This document shows positions 47,724 through 58,832 of a stretch of 63,812 nt of DNA, piece after piece. The stretch comes from Malacoraja senta (taxonomy: Eukaryota): the NCBI GenBank assembly GCA_038087875.1, contig CM075981.1, forward strand, positions 66,588,189-66,652,000. The letters run 5' to 3'. Made by a program: the position numbers and the translations under genes. The notes under the pieces were generated by a model. That model had not been told where the DNA came from, ran no database searches, and was given only the letters and a program-made list of their open reading frames with translations. Within the stretch, counting starts at the first letter, position 1, and every line of letters starts with the position of its first letter.

Positions 47724-50700
47724 CTTTACCCTTACTATTAAATCCCTCCCAAACCTCAACAAAGCAGTCCCTGCAACGGTTCGATATCCACTCTCCTTGA
47801 ACTCAGGATAATACACTGGTTCACTGCTTCTTGCTTCCACCATTCATATGTCAGTCATTACATGTGTATTTTAGCAATTTTGTCCCCTTTCAAAACATCA
47901 GACCATGCGTCCCAATGCTGTCTCTCCCTCCCTCCTGCTTAGTGATATCGCTATTGTTCATTAAATACTGGATATTCCTTTATGTAAATAGAAATACTAA
48001 AAGGTAGAGGCACGAAATTAAGGGTTAATAGCATCTTGCTTTTTTTTAATTTTCCTTTACTCTGGAGATCTGGAGGATAACTATCACAGTTAGTGGAGGG
48101 TACAGGTGGGCAGGAAATCACTCCTCATCACCCTCCATGACGATAATCCTGACTAATGTTGGCAGAGAACAAATGTTGTCTGGGAGACTGGAGAGGAATC
48201 TCTAACCTTCCTGTACAGCTGCAGGTTATTCACATCCACCTGATAGGTATTCAGTTGCACATCTCGTCCGACAGGTCGCCAACAAGCACCATATGATCAT
48301 GATGCTTGCTTGAAATGTAACCCCCCCCCCCCCCTCCAGAGTGAGACACAGTGGCTCAGGTTAAGAGCATTTTCCTCTCTTTATTTCTAATCACTAGGAT
48401 ATGGAGGCAGGGGTGGGGAAAGCAGAAGGGATAAAGACTCCGTCCCTGACAAGCCTCCATAATCCTGACTCAAGGAGCTCAAGCCATCTCAGGGTGGAGT
48501 CCCTCTATCGTTGAGGGAGCAGCCTTTAGGCTTTGCCTTCCACCTTGTCTGAGCACAGTTGGTGTGAGTGAGCTGAATGCGCGGACGATGACGTGCACAA
48601 ACAGACACCCACTGCAGTGAAGCAATCAATGTCTTTCACCAGCCTGTCAGCTCCTCGCGTGGACTGGTTATGGACACACGGAGCAGAGCACCAGAAACAC
48701 AAGTCTTCACAGAACCATTTCATTAGTATCAATTATGCTCCATACACTGTTGATAAGCTGACACATTAGACCACGAACCTCTCAACAGTACAGATAATCA
48801 GATGTAGTTCTTTTCCCCATTGTTCATTCGACCATTCACACAACCAGGCATCAACTTATAAGTAAATCAGTACCAGGCCACTCATCGGGAATCAACATCT
48901 TTGTTTCCTTGCTGCCTTCACCTCTCAGATTGTTTAATATTTCTTTGTGAGCAGCAGTCCTGATGCTGCCTCCAGTAGCGTGGTTATTGATAGCTGAGTT
49001 CTTCAATCGCCCTCAGGTTAATGGCCGTCTCTGTTGATATTAATGAGAGGGTGTGGGACAGGATAGGTAGTCATTAACCCAAGGTTGATGATGCTGGCAT
49101 CAAATCTATTGTCTCATCATCCTTAATAACTCTCTCTGAAAGAGAGCATTCTCAATTTGAATTTGAAGGTATCCCAAAAGCCAACAGAAATGAACATAGA
49201 TAATATTTATATTAATAATTCATTCTTGGTTCCTGTTTAAAGGTGGTTGATGTGAAGTTAAAATAGTTGTTATGTAGTGTTTTTTAATATCTCAAGGCCA
49301 TTGAGAAAATAAAACAGGTGGGAGGAGAGGAGCAAAAGAAATGCTGAAGGTCCATTTCTTCACCCTTGAATGGTGAGGGATGGGAGATTAGGTTTTGTAA
49401 AGAGAACAAGCAGATAATGGGAAGAGTTGGAGTGGGTGGGGGTGGATAATGGGGAGAGCTGTCAGAGGTCTGGCTAAAGACTGCATCACCATTAGAGCAC
49501 AAGAGGGAGAGAAAAGGATGAACAATAGACTCAATTCACTAATAAAAGAGGTCATAAGTTGCCATTGGAAAAGAGCAGGCAGCCACAACAGATGTAAGAA
49601 ATGTGAAGTCAGCTCTGAGGAATAGAGCTCAGCCCAATGTAGACAGAATAGACAGCCCAATGTAGAAATATTGGCCTGCACTTAAGTTATTGCAAACCAA
49701 AACAGAAGACCTGATCACACAGAAGGTTGCTGCACCATCCATTCACTTTGCAAGTAGTGCTTAAAACCAGCTCTGATGCTTTGCCAAGTTATTATGGATT
49801 TGCAGGAAATGGCTTACTGCAATTCAAAACAGTTCAGAGGCAGTATGAGTCCAAACAGAATTCTCTACAAGTGGTCAGTTTCAGAAGAGCTCTCAGTGGC
49901 GTGTCCCTTGTTAAGATCACCTGTTTAGAAATTCCATAATAGTCAACGTGGTGTTATGCAGGCCCAACCATGTGGGTCAGGAATTGCTTTGAATGTTAGA
50001 TATTACTGAAAATTACACTTATTTCAGTGTCTGAAATTTTGACCTGCAATTATTTGTAGTGGTTTGGGTGCAGGGTAAGGAGATGACCAGCATTGGTGGA
50101 AGGGCTGGGGTTGAGAGCAGGGGGGGTGCGGGTTATTAAAGAAGATCATAAGGTCAGGAGTGCAGGCAATAATTTGGGTTGGTGGATTCTGTGTATGTCC
50201 AATGCCTTGGGAAGTTGGGGCTTGGGGTGAAGCGAAGAATGGGGAGTGGCCCAATAAAGAGCTGCTGGGAGAGTGGAAACGTCCAAAGGTGGTTATTCTC
50301 GGACAATACGAGTACGGTTTTACTCAAAAACAGCATTGCACTATCCTGTGACCTGTGCATCAGGGCACAGTGGTGACTCATTCAGGGGAGTGCTCAGGTT
50401 AATTTCCAAAAGTGATGCAAAATGGATTGCATTGCATTTCCAGACGTGAATAGTGAATTTCAGTTGTATATAAAGCTCATGCAATGTGGTCATTTTGGAG
50501 CATTACTGTCCTGGAAACGAGGGTCTTTGAGCATTTCAGGTCAGCAACACTGGACTTGGGACACTTGGCCTGCACCCCTCCACAACCCCACCCCCCCCTC
50601 CCCTCCCCTCGCAGGGAGAGCTCTATAAAGTCAACCGCATAAGAATTGCTGTATTTAGATTCATTTAGCAGGCTATGGTTAAGTTGCAGATGGTGCAATA

Positions 50701-51021
50701 ACAGAGAAATTTACAGGGCGATTAATTACACCATTGCATCTGGGATGGACTAACAGAATACTTTGATGGAACAGTATATTGCATGTGATCTGAAACTAAA
50801 ACTAACACAGCATTGAATCTTTCCTTCTTGCAGTTTAGACCCATCAATGCTGAGGGAGAGGTAATGTATTACTGAGTAAAAAGAGCTTGAGAAGCAACCT
50901 GCAGCTGTTAATATTCCCTTTCACCAGCTGCCCTTCTCTTCCTGAGTAGCCGAGTTCATGGGTTTAGGAGGTGCTGTTGGAGTAGCTTCAGTGAATATGC
51001 AGTGCATTTTGTGAATAGTAC

Positions 51022-51578
51022 AGTCATAGAGTTATACACCATGAAAAACAGGCCCTTCGGCCCAACATGTCCCAACTACACTTGTCCCACTTGCCTGTAT
51101 TTGGCCCATATCCTATCCATGTTCCTGTCTACTTGTTTCTTAAACGTTGCAATAGTCCCTGCCTCAACTACCTCCTCTGGCATACACCCATCACCCTTTG
51201 TGTGGAAAAGATACCCGTCAGATTCCTATTAAATCTTTTCCCCTTCACCTTAAATCTATGTCTTCTGGTTCTCAATTCCCATACTCTGGGCATGTGTCTA
51301 CCCGATCTTTTCCACTCATGATTTTATACACCTCTATAAGATCACCCCTCATCCTCCTGTGCTCCAAGGAATAGAGACCCAGCCTGCTCAACCTCTCCCT
51401 ATAATTCAGACCCTCAAGTCCTGGCAACATCCTCACAAATCTTCTCTGTACCCTTTCTAGCTAGACAACATCTTTCCTGTAACATGGTGCCCAAAACTGA
51501 ACACAATATTCTAAATGCGGCCTCACCAACGCCTTGCTGTATATAACTGCAACATGACCTCCCAACTTCTATGCCCGG
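51022..51578 (-). mobile_element. CR1 LINE 3' portion flanked by ~117-bp direct repeats
   Basis: AGTCATAGAG tail and CR1 body; 50906-51021 is repeated at 51579-51697. Confidence 0.9.
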
Positions 51579-51884
51579 TGTTAATATTTCCCTTTCACCA
51601 GCTGCCTTTCGCATTCTGAGTAGCCAAAATCATGGGTTTAGGAGGTGGTGTTGCAGTAGCCTCAGTGAATAGTTGCAGTGCATATTGTGAATAGTACGTG
51701 GTGCATTGACATATGCCGGTGCTGGGAAATTAAATATTTAAGGTGGTCGATTGGGTGTCAAACAAATGGTGTGTTTGTGCTAGAAGTGTGAAGTTCCCTG
51801 TGAATCGGAGCTATGCTCCTGCAGAAGGGGACGTAATCTACCATGCCCTAACTTGTAAAGGAAAGTCTTCAGGCTGTCGGGAGA

Positions 51885-51990
51885 AGATCTGATGAAGACC
51901 TGAAGGGTTAATTCTATTTCTCTCTCCACAAATGCTGCCTGACCTGCTGAGTTTCCAGTATTTTCTGATACATTTCAGATTTCCAGCCAC
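51885..51990 (+). mobile_element. Older Penelope terminal fragment
   Basis: TCTGATGAAGACCTGAA..ATGCTGCCTGACCTGCTGAGTTTCCAG. Confidence 0.6.
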
Positions 51991-52453
51991 TATACATTTT
52001 TTTTAAAACATTTTCTATTCAGTGTTTCACCTGCTCTTGTAATTGCATGGTGCAAATGTTATTTTCCGCTTATCAGCCATGCCTGAATGTTGTCCAGATC
52101 GTGGCTGCTTCATTTACTGAGGAGCTGTGATTCGAATTGAAGATTTTGCAATCATGAAAGGACATCTCTTGCAACCTTTTGATGTAAGTAAGGTTATTGA
52201 TGAAGCAGCTGAAGCTGAATGGACCCAAAGAACTCCCGCATTGATATTCTGGAAATTAGATGATAGTTCATTGGCAGCCACGATCATCTTCTATTGTGAG
52301 TTTGAGTGTTTTCCCTTGAAACACATTCACCCGTTTTATCAGAGCACCTTGATGCCACACTCAGTCAAGTGCAGCCTTGACATAGAGTGCAATCACCCAG
52401 GAATTCTGTCCCTACCAAGGCTAACACAAGGTGTGGAGACAAATGGTCCTGGT

Positions 52454-52598
52454 CAGTGGCGGACTGGGTCTAAAAATATTGGTTGCCAGGAGACAAAGGG
52501 GGCCCACTTCATCAGGGGCCCACTTGATATAGGGGGCCCACTTCATCAGGGGCCCACTTGCCATCGGGCAAGCTGACACCCTGGCCAGTCCGCCACTG
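52454..52598. mobile_element. hAT-type MITE, 145 bp
   Basis: Perfect 14-bp TIR CAGTGGCGGACTGG; 8-bp TSD GTCCTGGT (52446-52453, 52599-52606); four internal GGGGCCCACTT repeats. Confidence 0.93.
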
Positions 52599-52741
52599 GT
52601 CCTGGTGAAACCCAAAATGGGCAAGTTATTGTTGAGTAAGTGCGACTTCATAGCATTGTTCACAACATCCCCAAGACTGCTGTTGATTGAGAGAAGATTG
52701 GCTGTAAATATCCAGAGGATAGACACAAAGTGCTGGAGTAA

Positions 52742-52944
52742 AGGGCCTGTCCCACTTGGCCGTCATTTGCGCGTAATTTACACAACATCATTTACGCGTC
52801 ACGACGCACGTGATGCGGGCATGGTGCGCGATAACATAGGCAGTGATGCGCAGCCGCGCGCGACGTCGCAGGACTTTGTGATGTACAAAATCTTTGCACA
52901 CCATCTGCGTGACGCGCAAATGACGGCCAAGTGGGACAGGCCGT
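52742..52944. mobile_element. PIF/Harbinger-like MITE nested in a Penelope fragment (52718-53015)
   Basis: 33-bp TIR AGGGCCTGTCCCACTTGGCCGTCATTTGCGCGT (1 mismatch); TAA TSD at 52739-52741 and 52945-52947. Confidence 0.93.
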
Positions 52945-53180
52945 TAACTAAGTGGCTCAGGCAGCATCTCTGGAGAAAAAAAGATGGATGACATTTCAGG
53001 TTGGAACCCTTCTTTAACCAGGTTTGATTAATCCAACTTATGAACAAGACATTCCTGGGCAACTTTCCACATTGCCTGAGTTATAACTGCATAGGAACCG
53101 CATGGCTGCGGGCACAGCCAGTTCAAGAGCACAGGTCCTCAGAACTAAAGCTGAAATGTTGTCTGGTTCCATAACGGTAT

Positions 53181-53506
53181 AGGCGGCACAGTGGCGCAGC
53201 GGTAGAGTTGCTGCCTTACAGCAAAAGCAGCGCCGGAGACCTGGGTTCGATCACGACTACGGGCGCTGTCTGTACGGAGTTTGTACGTTCTCCCCATGAC
53301 CTGCGTGGGTTTTCTCCGAGATCTTCGGTTTCCTCCCACACTCCAAAGACGTACAGGTTTGTAGGTTGATTGACTTGGTATAAACGTAAATTGTCCCTAG
53401 TGGGTGTAGGATAGTGTTGATCCACGATAGTAGGGATTGTCGGTCGGCACAGACCCGGTGGGCCGAAGGGCCTGTTTCTGCGCTGTATCTCTGAACTAAA
53501 CTAAAC
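53181..53506 (+). mobile_element. HE1-type SINE (young, CpG-rich)
   Basis: GGCGGCACAGTGGCGCAGCGGTAGAG head, GGTTCGATC B box, (AACTA)n tail. Confidence 0.93.
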
Positions 53507-54084
53507 TTTTGGTTTATCTCAGCCTTTTCCTCAATTCACATAGAGTGAATTGAATTGCTTATAGAATGGCTTCTGTGATGGTGGAAACATGAGGAGGTGC
53601 TCTATTAAATGAAAGTGGTCTCCTATGTATGGTAGTAGTGATGGTAAACAATAGTAAAGCTTGGATCAATTGACTGGTTTAAGATAATTGCGTGGTCCAC
53701 TCGATCAGGGATTGAACCTGGTTACATGAAACACTAGTTATTATTGGTGTCTGTCATTTCCACCTCAGCAGGAGTAGAGGAAGATTAATAAACTCTGCTT
53801 GGAAACAAGCGATCAGTTGGATATTTTCTCCTCATCCCACTTTCCTTTCTTCCTCCCCCCCCCTCCCCCTCTATCTCGCAGGCCAACCCAAGGGTGGAAT
53901 CTGGATCCACAATTGCCTGAATTGCCCAGATTGTGAAGTCACCAGCCTACCTCTGAAACCCTCTCTTATTGCACACCAAAAATCTCCCCCCACGGTTTGT
54001 AACACAAAAGCCAAAACCCTGACATTTCTCCCACCAGCCTCACTCCTCTAACTGAAAGCTGAGAAGTTAATGTGGTGGTCAATT

Positions 54085-54308
54085 AATGTGTGGAATTCTT
54101 TACCACAGAAGGCTGTGGAGGCCGTCAATGGATATTTTTAAGGTAGAGACAGATAGATTCTTGATAAGTACGGGTCTCAAAGTTATGGGGAGAAGGTAGG
54201 AGAATGAGATAGGAGGGAGATAGATCAGCCATGATTGAATGGCAGAGTAGACTTGATGGGCCAAATGGCCAAATTCTGCTCCTATCACATGACCTTATGA
54301 CGACCTTA
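54085..54308 (+). mobile_element. CR1 LINE 3' end
   Basis: GTGGAATTCTTTACCACAGAAGGCTGTGGAGGCC..; tail TGACCTTATGACGACCTTA. Confidence 0.88.
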
Positions 54309-55275
54309 ATTGCAGTATCCTCTGGCTGTGATCATTAACCCAGCACAGCTCAGGAGACAGAGTGTTTGTATTTTGGTGTATAAACTTAAGAGCCTTTGCT
54401 GTGCAAGTCATCAACGGCAGATTTTTGACCATAAAATACAATCACGTCTAAATCTGTGGATGATAAAAAACTATACGCGAGGCTGTGACCTTTTTGTAGA
54501 AGACAAAGGTCACCCTGGAAGTTGATTGAAAGTTCTGTTTGTAGAAAATTGACTGAATATTCCAATAGGGTATTCTAAATTTGGAACAGATTGCTGCTTT
54601 GTTCAAACTGTTGGTTGGGAGCTGGTGTGTGTCACTTATTTGGTCATGATGATCAGCAGAGGTCTTTAATGAGTCTTTTAAATACAATCAACGTTTCTGA
54701 CCATCTATCTTTATTAAATAAACACATCATCCATCTATCGCACTGGGATATGATGCGCATACAGAATTAGAGTCAGGGTTGCATCTGGCTGACTCCAATA
54801 TATGCAGAAAGCAGCCACAAATTAAAGAGAGTGCCAGTTAATTGAGAATTGTTAAACCTTAAATGTATAGCTTTAAGAAAAAAAGAGAAGAGTTTGATTT
54901 CAAAATTCTGTTTCCTTCAGCATTGTGCGATCAGAAATCAATTTTTTCCAAAATGAAATACAATAATGCCCTTTTCCAGGTCATTTCATATCTTTCCAGA
55001 GGTATAACCTGGAATGTGCATGACTGAATCACCATTGAGCTCCCAATGTGATTTCCTCGTCATTGCATCTGGCACCTTATTGTTTTTCCAAGGTCCTCCT
55101 GAAACTTTGCCGTGGGAAGGCTATATTTTGGCACACCTGAGGCAGCCATATTTCATTACACAGCACTGGACTGAAACCCTTGTAAGGAAACCCTCACAAC
55201 TGGAGTACTTTGTTCTCCTTGCCTAAAGGTGTGTGTGATATTGAGGGAATATTCACCAGGCTGATGGATGTGTCA

Positions 55276-55835
55276 AAGGTCATGTGATAGGAGTCGTTTT
55301 AGGCCATGTCATAAGGTCATAAGTGAAAGGAGCAGAATTAGGCCATTCGGCCCATCAAGTCTACTCCGCCAATAAATCATGGCTGATCTATCTCTCACCC
55401 CTAATCCCATTCTCCTGCCTTCTCCTCATAACCCCTGATACCCGTACTAATAAAGAATCTACCTATCTCTAACTTAAAAATATCCAGTGACTTAGCCTCC
55501 ACAGCCTTCTGTCGCTAATAATTCCACAGATTCACCACCCTCTGACTTAAGAAATTCCTCCTCATCTCCTTCCTAAAGGAACATCCTTCAATTCTGAGGC
55601 TATGACCTCTGGTCCTAGACTCTCCCACTAGTGGTAGCATCCTCTCCACACCCACTCGATCCAAGCCTTTCACTCTTCGGTAAGTTTCAATGAGGTTCCC
55701 CCTCATCCTTCAAAACTCCAGTGAGTACAGGCCCAGTGCTGTCAAACCATCATCATATGTTAACCCACACATTCCTGGGATTATTCTTGTAAACCTCCTC
55801 TGGACCCTCTCCAGAGCCAGTGTATCCTTCCTCAC
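55276..55835 (-). mobile_element. CR1 LINE 3' portion
   Basis: ORFs ALERVQRRFTRIIPGM..LGLYSLEF and MRGNLIETY..TRGHSLRIEG..FLSQRVVNLWN. Confidence 0.93.
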
Positions 55836-55952
55836 GAATTTGTGATACAAGGAGAAACTGAATATGCTGAGTTTCAATTCTTTATAGTTTAAGTGAGGGG
55901 GTACCTGACTGGGACCAAACATTTTAAAGAGCTTGTCTGAGTAGACATGGGG

Positions 55953-56130
55953 AAACATAGAAACATAGAAAATAGGTGCAGGAGTAGGCCATTCGGCCCT
56001 TCGAGCCTGCACCGCCATTCAATATGATCATGGCTGATCATCCAACTCAGTATCCTGTACCTGCCTTCTCTCCATACCCCCTGATCCCTTTAGCCACAAG
56101 GGCCACATTTAACTCCCTCTTAAATATAGC
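55953..56130 (-). mobile_element. CR1 LINE 3' end (TTTCTATG tail), nested in an older plus-strand CR1 (~55850-56460)
   Basis: GAAACATAGAAACATAGAAAATAGGTGCAGGAGTAGGCCATTCGGCCC. Confidence 0.85.
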
Positions 56131-56729
56131 CTGGGGTTTTCCTGGATGAGGAGACAAGAACTAGAGTCCCAGAGACAAAATAAGTTGTTGATCATTTAGG
56201 GCTAAAATATGAAGACATTTCTTCATGCCGAGACCAGTGAATCTTCAAAATTCTCTCCCAGAGAGAGGTGTGGGGACTTGGCCATTAATTAAACTCAATA
56301 TAAAGATGGATAGATTTTTGGATATTAAAGGAATCAGGGGAAATGGGAACACAATGGGAAAATGATGTTTGAGGAAGACCATCTGCCATGATCTTATTAA
56401 AATGCACTGTGGGCTTGAGGAGCAAAATGATCCACTCCTGAACCTAGTTCTTACATTCTCAAGTTCGGTTCCCTGCTCCCTACCCCATTCTGCAAGGAAC
56501 TATTCCCCATCCTCCATTCAAAGACTCAGGGCCCTCTCCTATACTCTGCACCCACCCCTCCTGCAACTCAAAGACCTCTCCAATCCTCCCCACCACTCCC
56601 TGAAGTTCCTCAGATCTTGAGGTTCCCAGTGGCTCCCTAATTCTCTACCTCTGCCACACTCCATCCCGAGGTCTACAACGGAAACTCTGATCTGCACCAT
56701 ACCTGACCACTTAACTTATTGCTGAACTT

Positions 56730-57605
56730 CATGGAGTCATATAGCTCAAAAACAGGACCTTCCCATCAGGTCCATCAAGCATCCATCTACACTATTTATC
56801 ACCACGTGGTCCATAACCTTTATACCTTGGCAATTTATGTGCTTTTCTTGGTACTTCGTAAATGTTGTGTGCAACTGCCTCCATCCCTCATTCTGGCAAT
56901 ACGATTCAGATTCCAGCCACACTCTTAGTTCAAAATTGTTCAACCTCAGTCCCGTCTAAACCTTTTACCCATTACCCAATGCCCTTGCCCTCTGCTTTAA
57001 GATGCCTCTGCAATGGGCAAGTGCCGGGCTTGCACCTTGCCTATAATTTTGTATACCTCAACCAAGTCATCCCTCAGCCTCCTCCGCTCCAAGGCAACAA
57101 ACCAGACCTCTCCAGCTTCTCCTCGTAATTGAAACATTCTATCCCAGGCAACAGCTTGGTGCATCCTCTGTGCACCCTCTCCAGTGCAAGCATGTCCTTC
57201 CTGTAGTATGGTGACTAAGCATATAATATTCCAGCTGTGGTCTCACCAATGCTTTATAAAGTTGAACCATAACCTACCTTCTCTGATATTCTAGGCCATG
57301 GAGGACAACGATTCCATATGCCTTCCTAAACACCTTATTTATCCGTGCTGCTACTTTCGTGGATCCTAATACACCAACGACCTTCTGTTCCTCAATACTC
57401 CCCAGACTATTATTATTTATTGTCCGTCCTGCTTTTATTAGCGCATAATGCCACATGGTTAAATTCCATCTGTCACTGCTAGTCCACCTTAACAATTGAG
57501 AAATATTATCCTGTAAGCCATGACTACCCTCCTCACGTCACCAGCACCACCAATTTTTATGTCATCAGTGAATTTACTCATCTTACCTCCTACATTCTAC
57601 ATCTG
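56730..57605 (-). mobile_element. Degenerate CR1 LINE 3' portion
   Basis: GAGTCATA tail; collinear decayed ORF2 (LGSIEEQKVVGV..KVFRKAYG). Confidence 0.75.
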
Positions 57606-58254
57606 AAGCTAATCAGTCAAGAAAATCCCTTGCAGCTCCAACCACCACCATTGCCTCAAGCAGTCTGTCGCATCCCACCTCCACTCAAGCTCTGAACACA
57701 TCTTTGAGAACCATATTCAATTGAGTTTGCAGGCAGCTGAAATTGTAACTCAAGTGATTGTTGATGGCTCATTGCATTCGCACAGTAGGTGGGTGCATAA
57801 GCAGCGTTTTTAATAGTTTTGATGACCAGAGAGATACTGCAACTGGTCCAGTCCAGTAAGATGTCCAAAGACACTTCGCTGGAGGAAATTCAGGCACAAC
57901 GCTGACATCACCTTTGTTATGTGTCTTTAAGTACGGACATGTGTCCATTCATTGCGTGGTCCAATTGGGATGGAAGGTCATGCAATGTGTCAATTTATAG
58001 ATGTTAAAGAATGAATGTCAGAGATTTGGGAGCTGGAAAAGCTTCTTTATGCAGGACACTGAGAAGGTATGGAATTTACAGCAATGATTAGTGGTTGCAG
58101 CAGTAATGAAGATCGGAGAGGTGCTGAGATGGGGGAAAAAAGGACACAGGTTAATAACAGGATAGATTGTTAATTGAGATGGAGAGTAAACTCTGCATGA
58201 CCTGGTTGGGCTGACTGGCCCGATTCTGTGAAGCAATGTCCATAACTAAAAAGG

Positions 58255-58832
58255 TGTAGATGGTTTATGCATGCAACCAATCACATAGCTACCTCACCAC
58301 TACTAACCCCGCCTTAAGTATCATTTATAATAACGCCTGCTTCTCCTTCTGCGCAGTACAGTAGCAGACTGGAGTCAGAGACTACTCGTGTATTGTTTAA
58401 CTCTGTATACTTATTAAAGACTATTATAATGTCACACGTGTGTAATGACTATTTACATGGTGTCAGACAGTGACTACTCGCGTCTCCTGTTTATCGTTTT
58501 TTATTTCTTTTGCTAAGTTTTTAATTTCATTTTGACAATGGCTTCCTCTTGCCGAAAGCCTGCTCAGCTCGTCTTCAATTCGGACATCGCGGAGCGCTGG
58601 GCTACTTTCGAACTGGACTACCGCTTCTGACACCATGTAAATAGTCATTACACACGTGTGACATTATAATAGTCTTTAATAAGTATACAGAGTTAAACAA
58701 TACATGAGTAGTCACTGACTCCAGTCTGCTACTGTACTGCGCAGAAGGAGAAGTTATTATAAATGATACTTAAGGCAGGGTTAGTAGTGGTGAGGTAGCT
58801 ATGTGATTGGTTGCATGCATAAACCATCTACA
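58255..58832. mobile_element. Gypsy-derived element with two inverted LTRs (58255-58457; 58636-58832), two inverted PBSs and a gag 5' stub
   Basis: TGTA..TACA LTR, PBS TGGTGTCAGA (58458-58467), gag start MASSCRKPAQLVFNSDIAERWATFELDYRF* (58538-58630), CTTCTGACACCA (58624-58635), inverted LTR; TSD AAAGG at 58250-58254 and 58833-58837. Confidence 0.92.

Noticed and set aside
53181-53265. tRNA gene-like heads (also 24930, 31973, 34583, 39301)
   Set aside because: They are SINE heads continuing into the V-type core and CR1 tail, not cloverleaf tRNA genes.
58255-58832. Reading as a DIRS element or ordinary DNA-transposon MITE
   Set aside because: TG..CA LTR ends, tRNA PBS, Gypsy gag start and 5-bp TSD indicate integrase-type LTR origin; DIRS elements lack a PBS and such TSDs.
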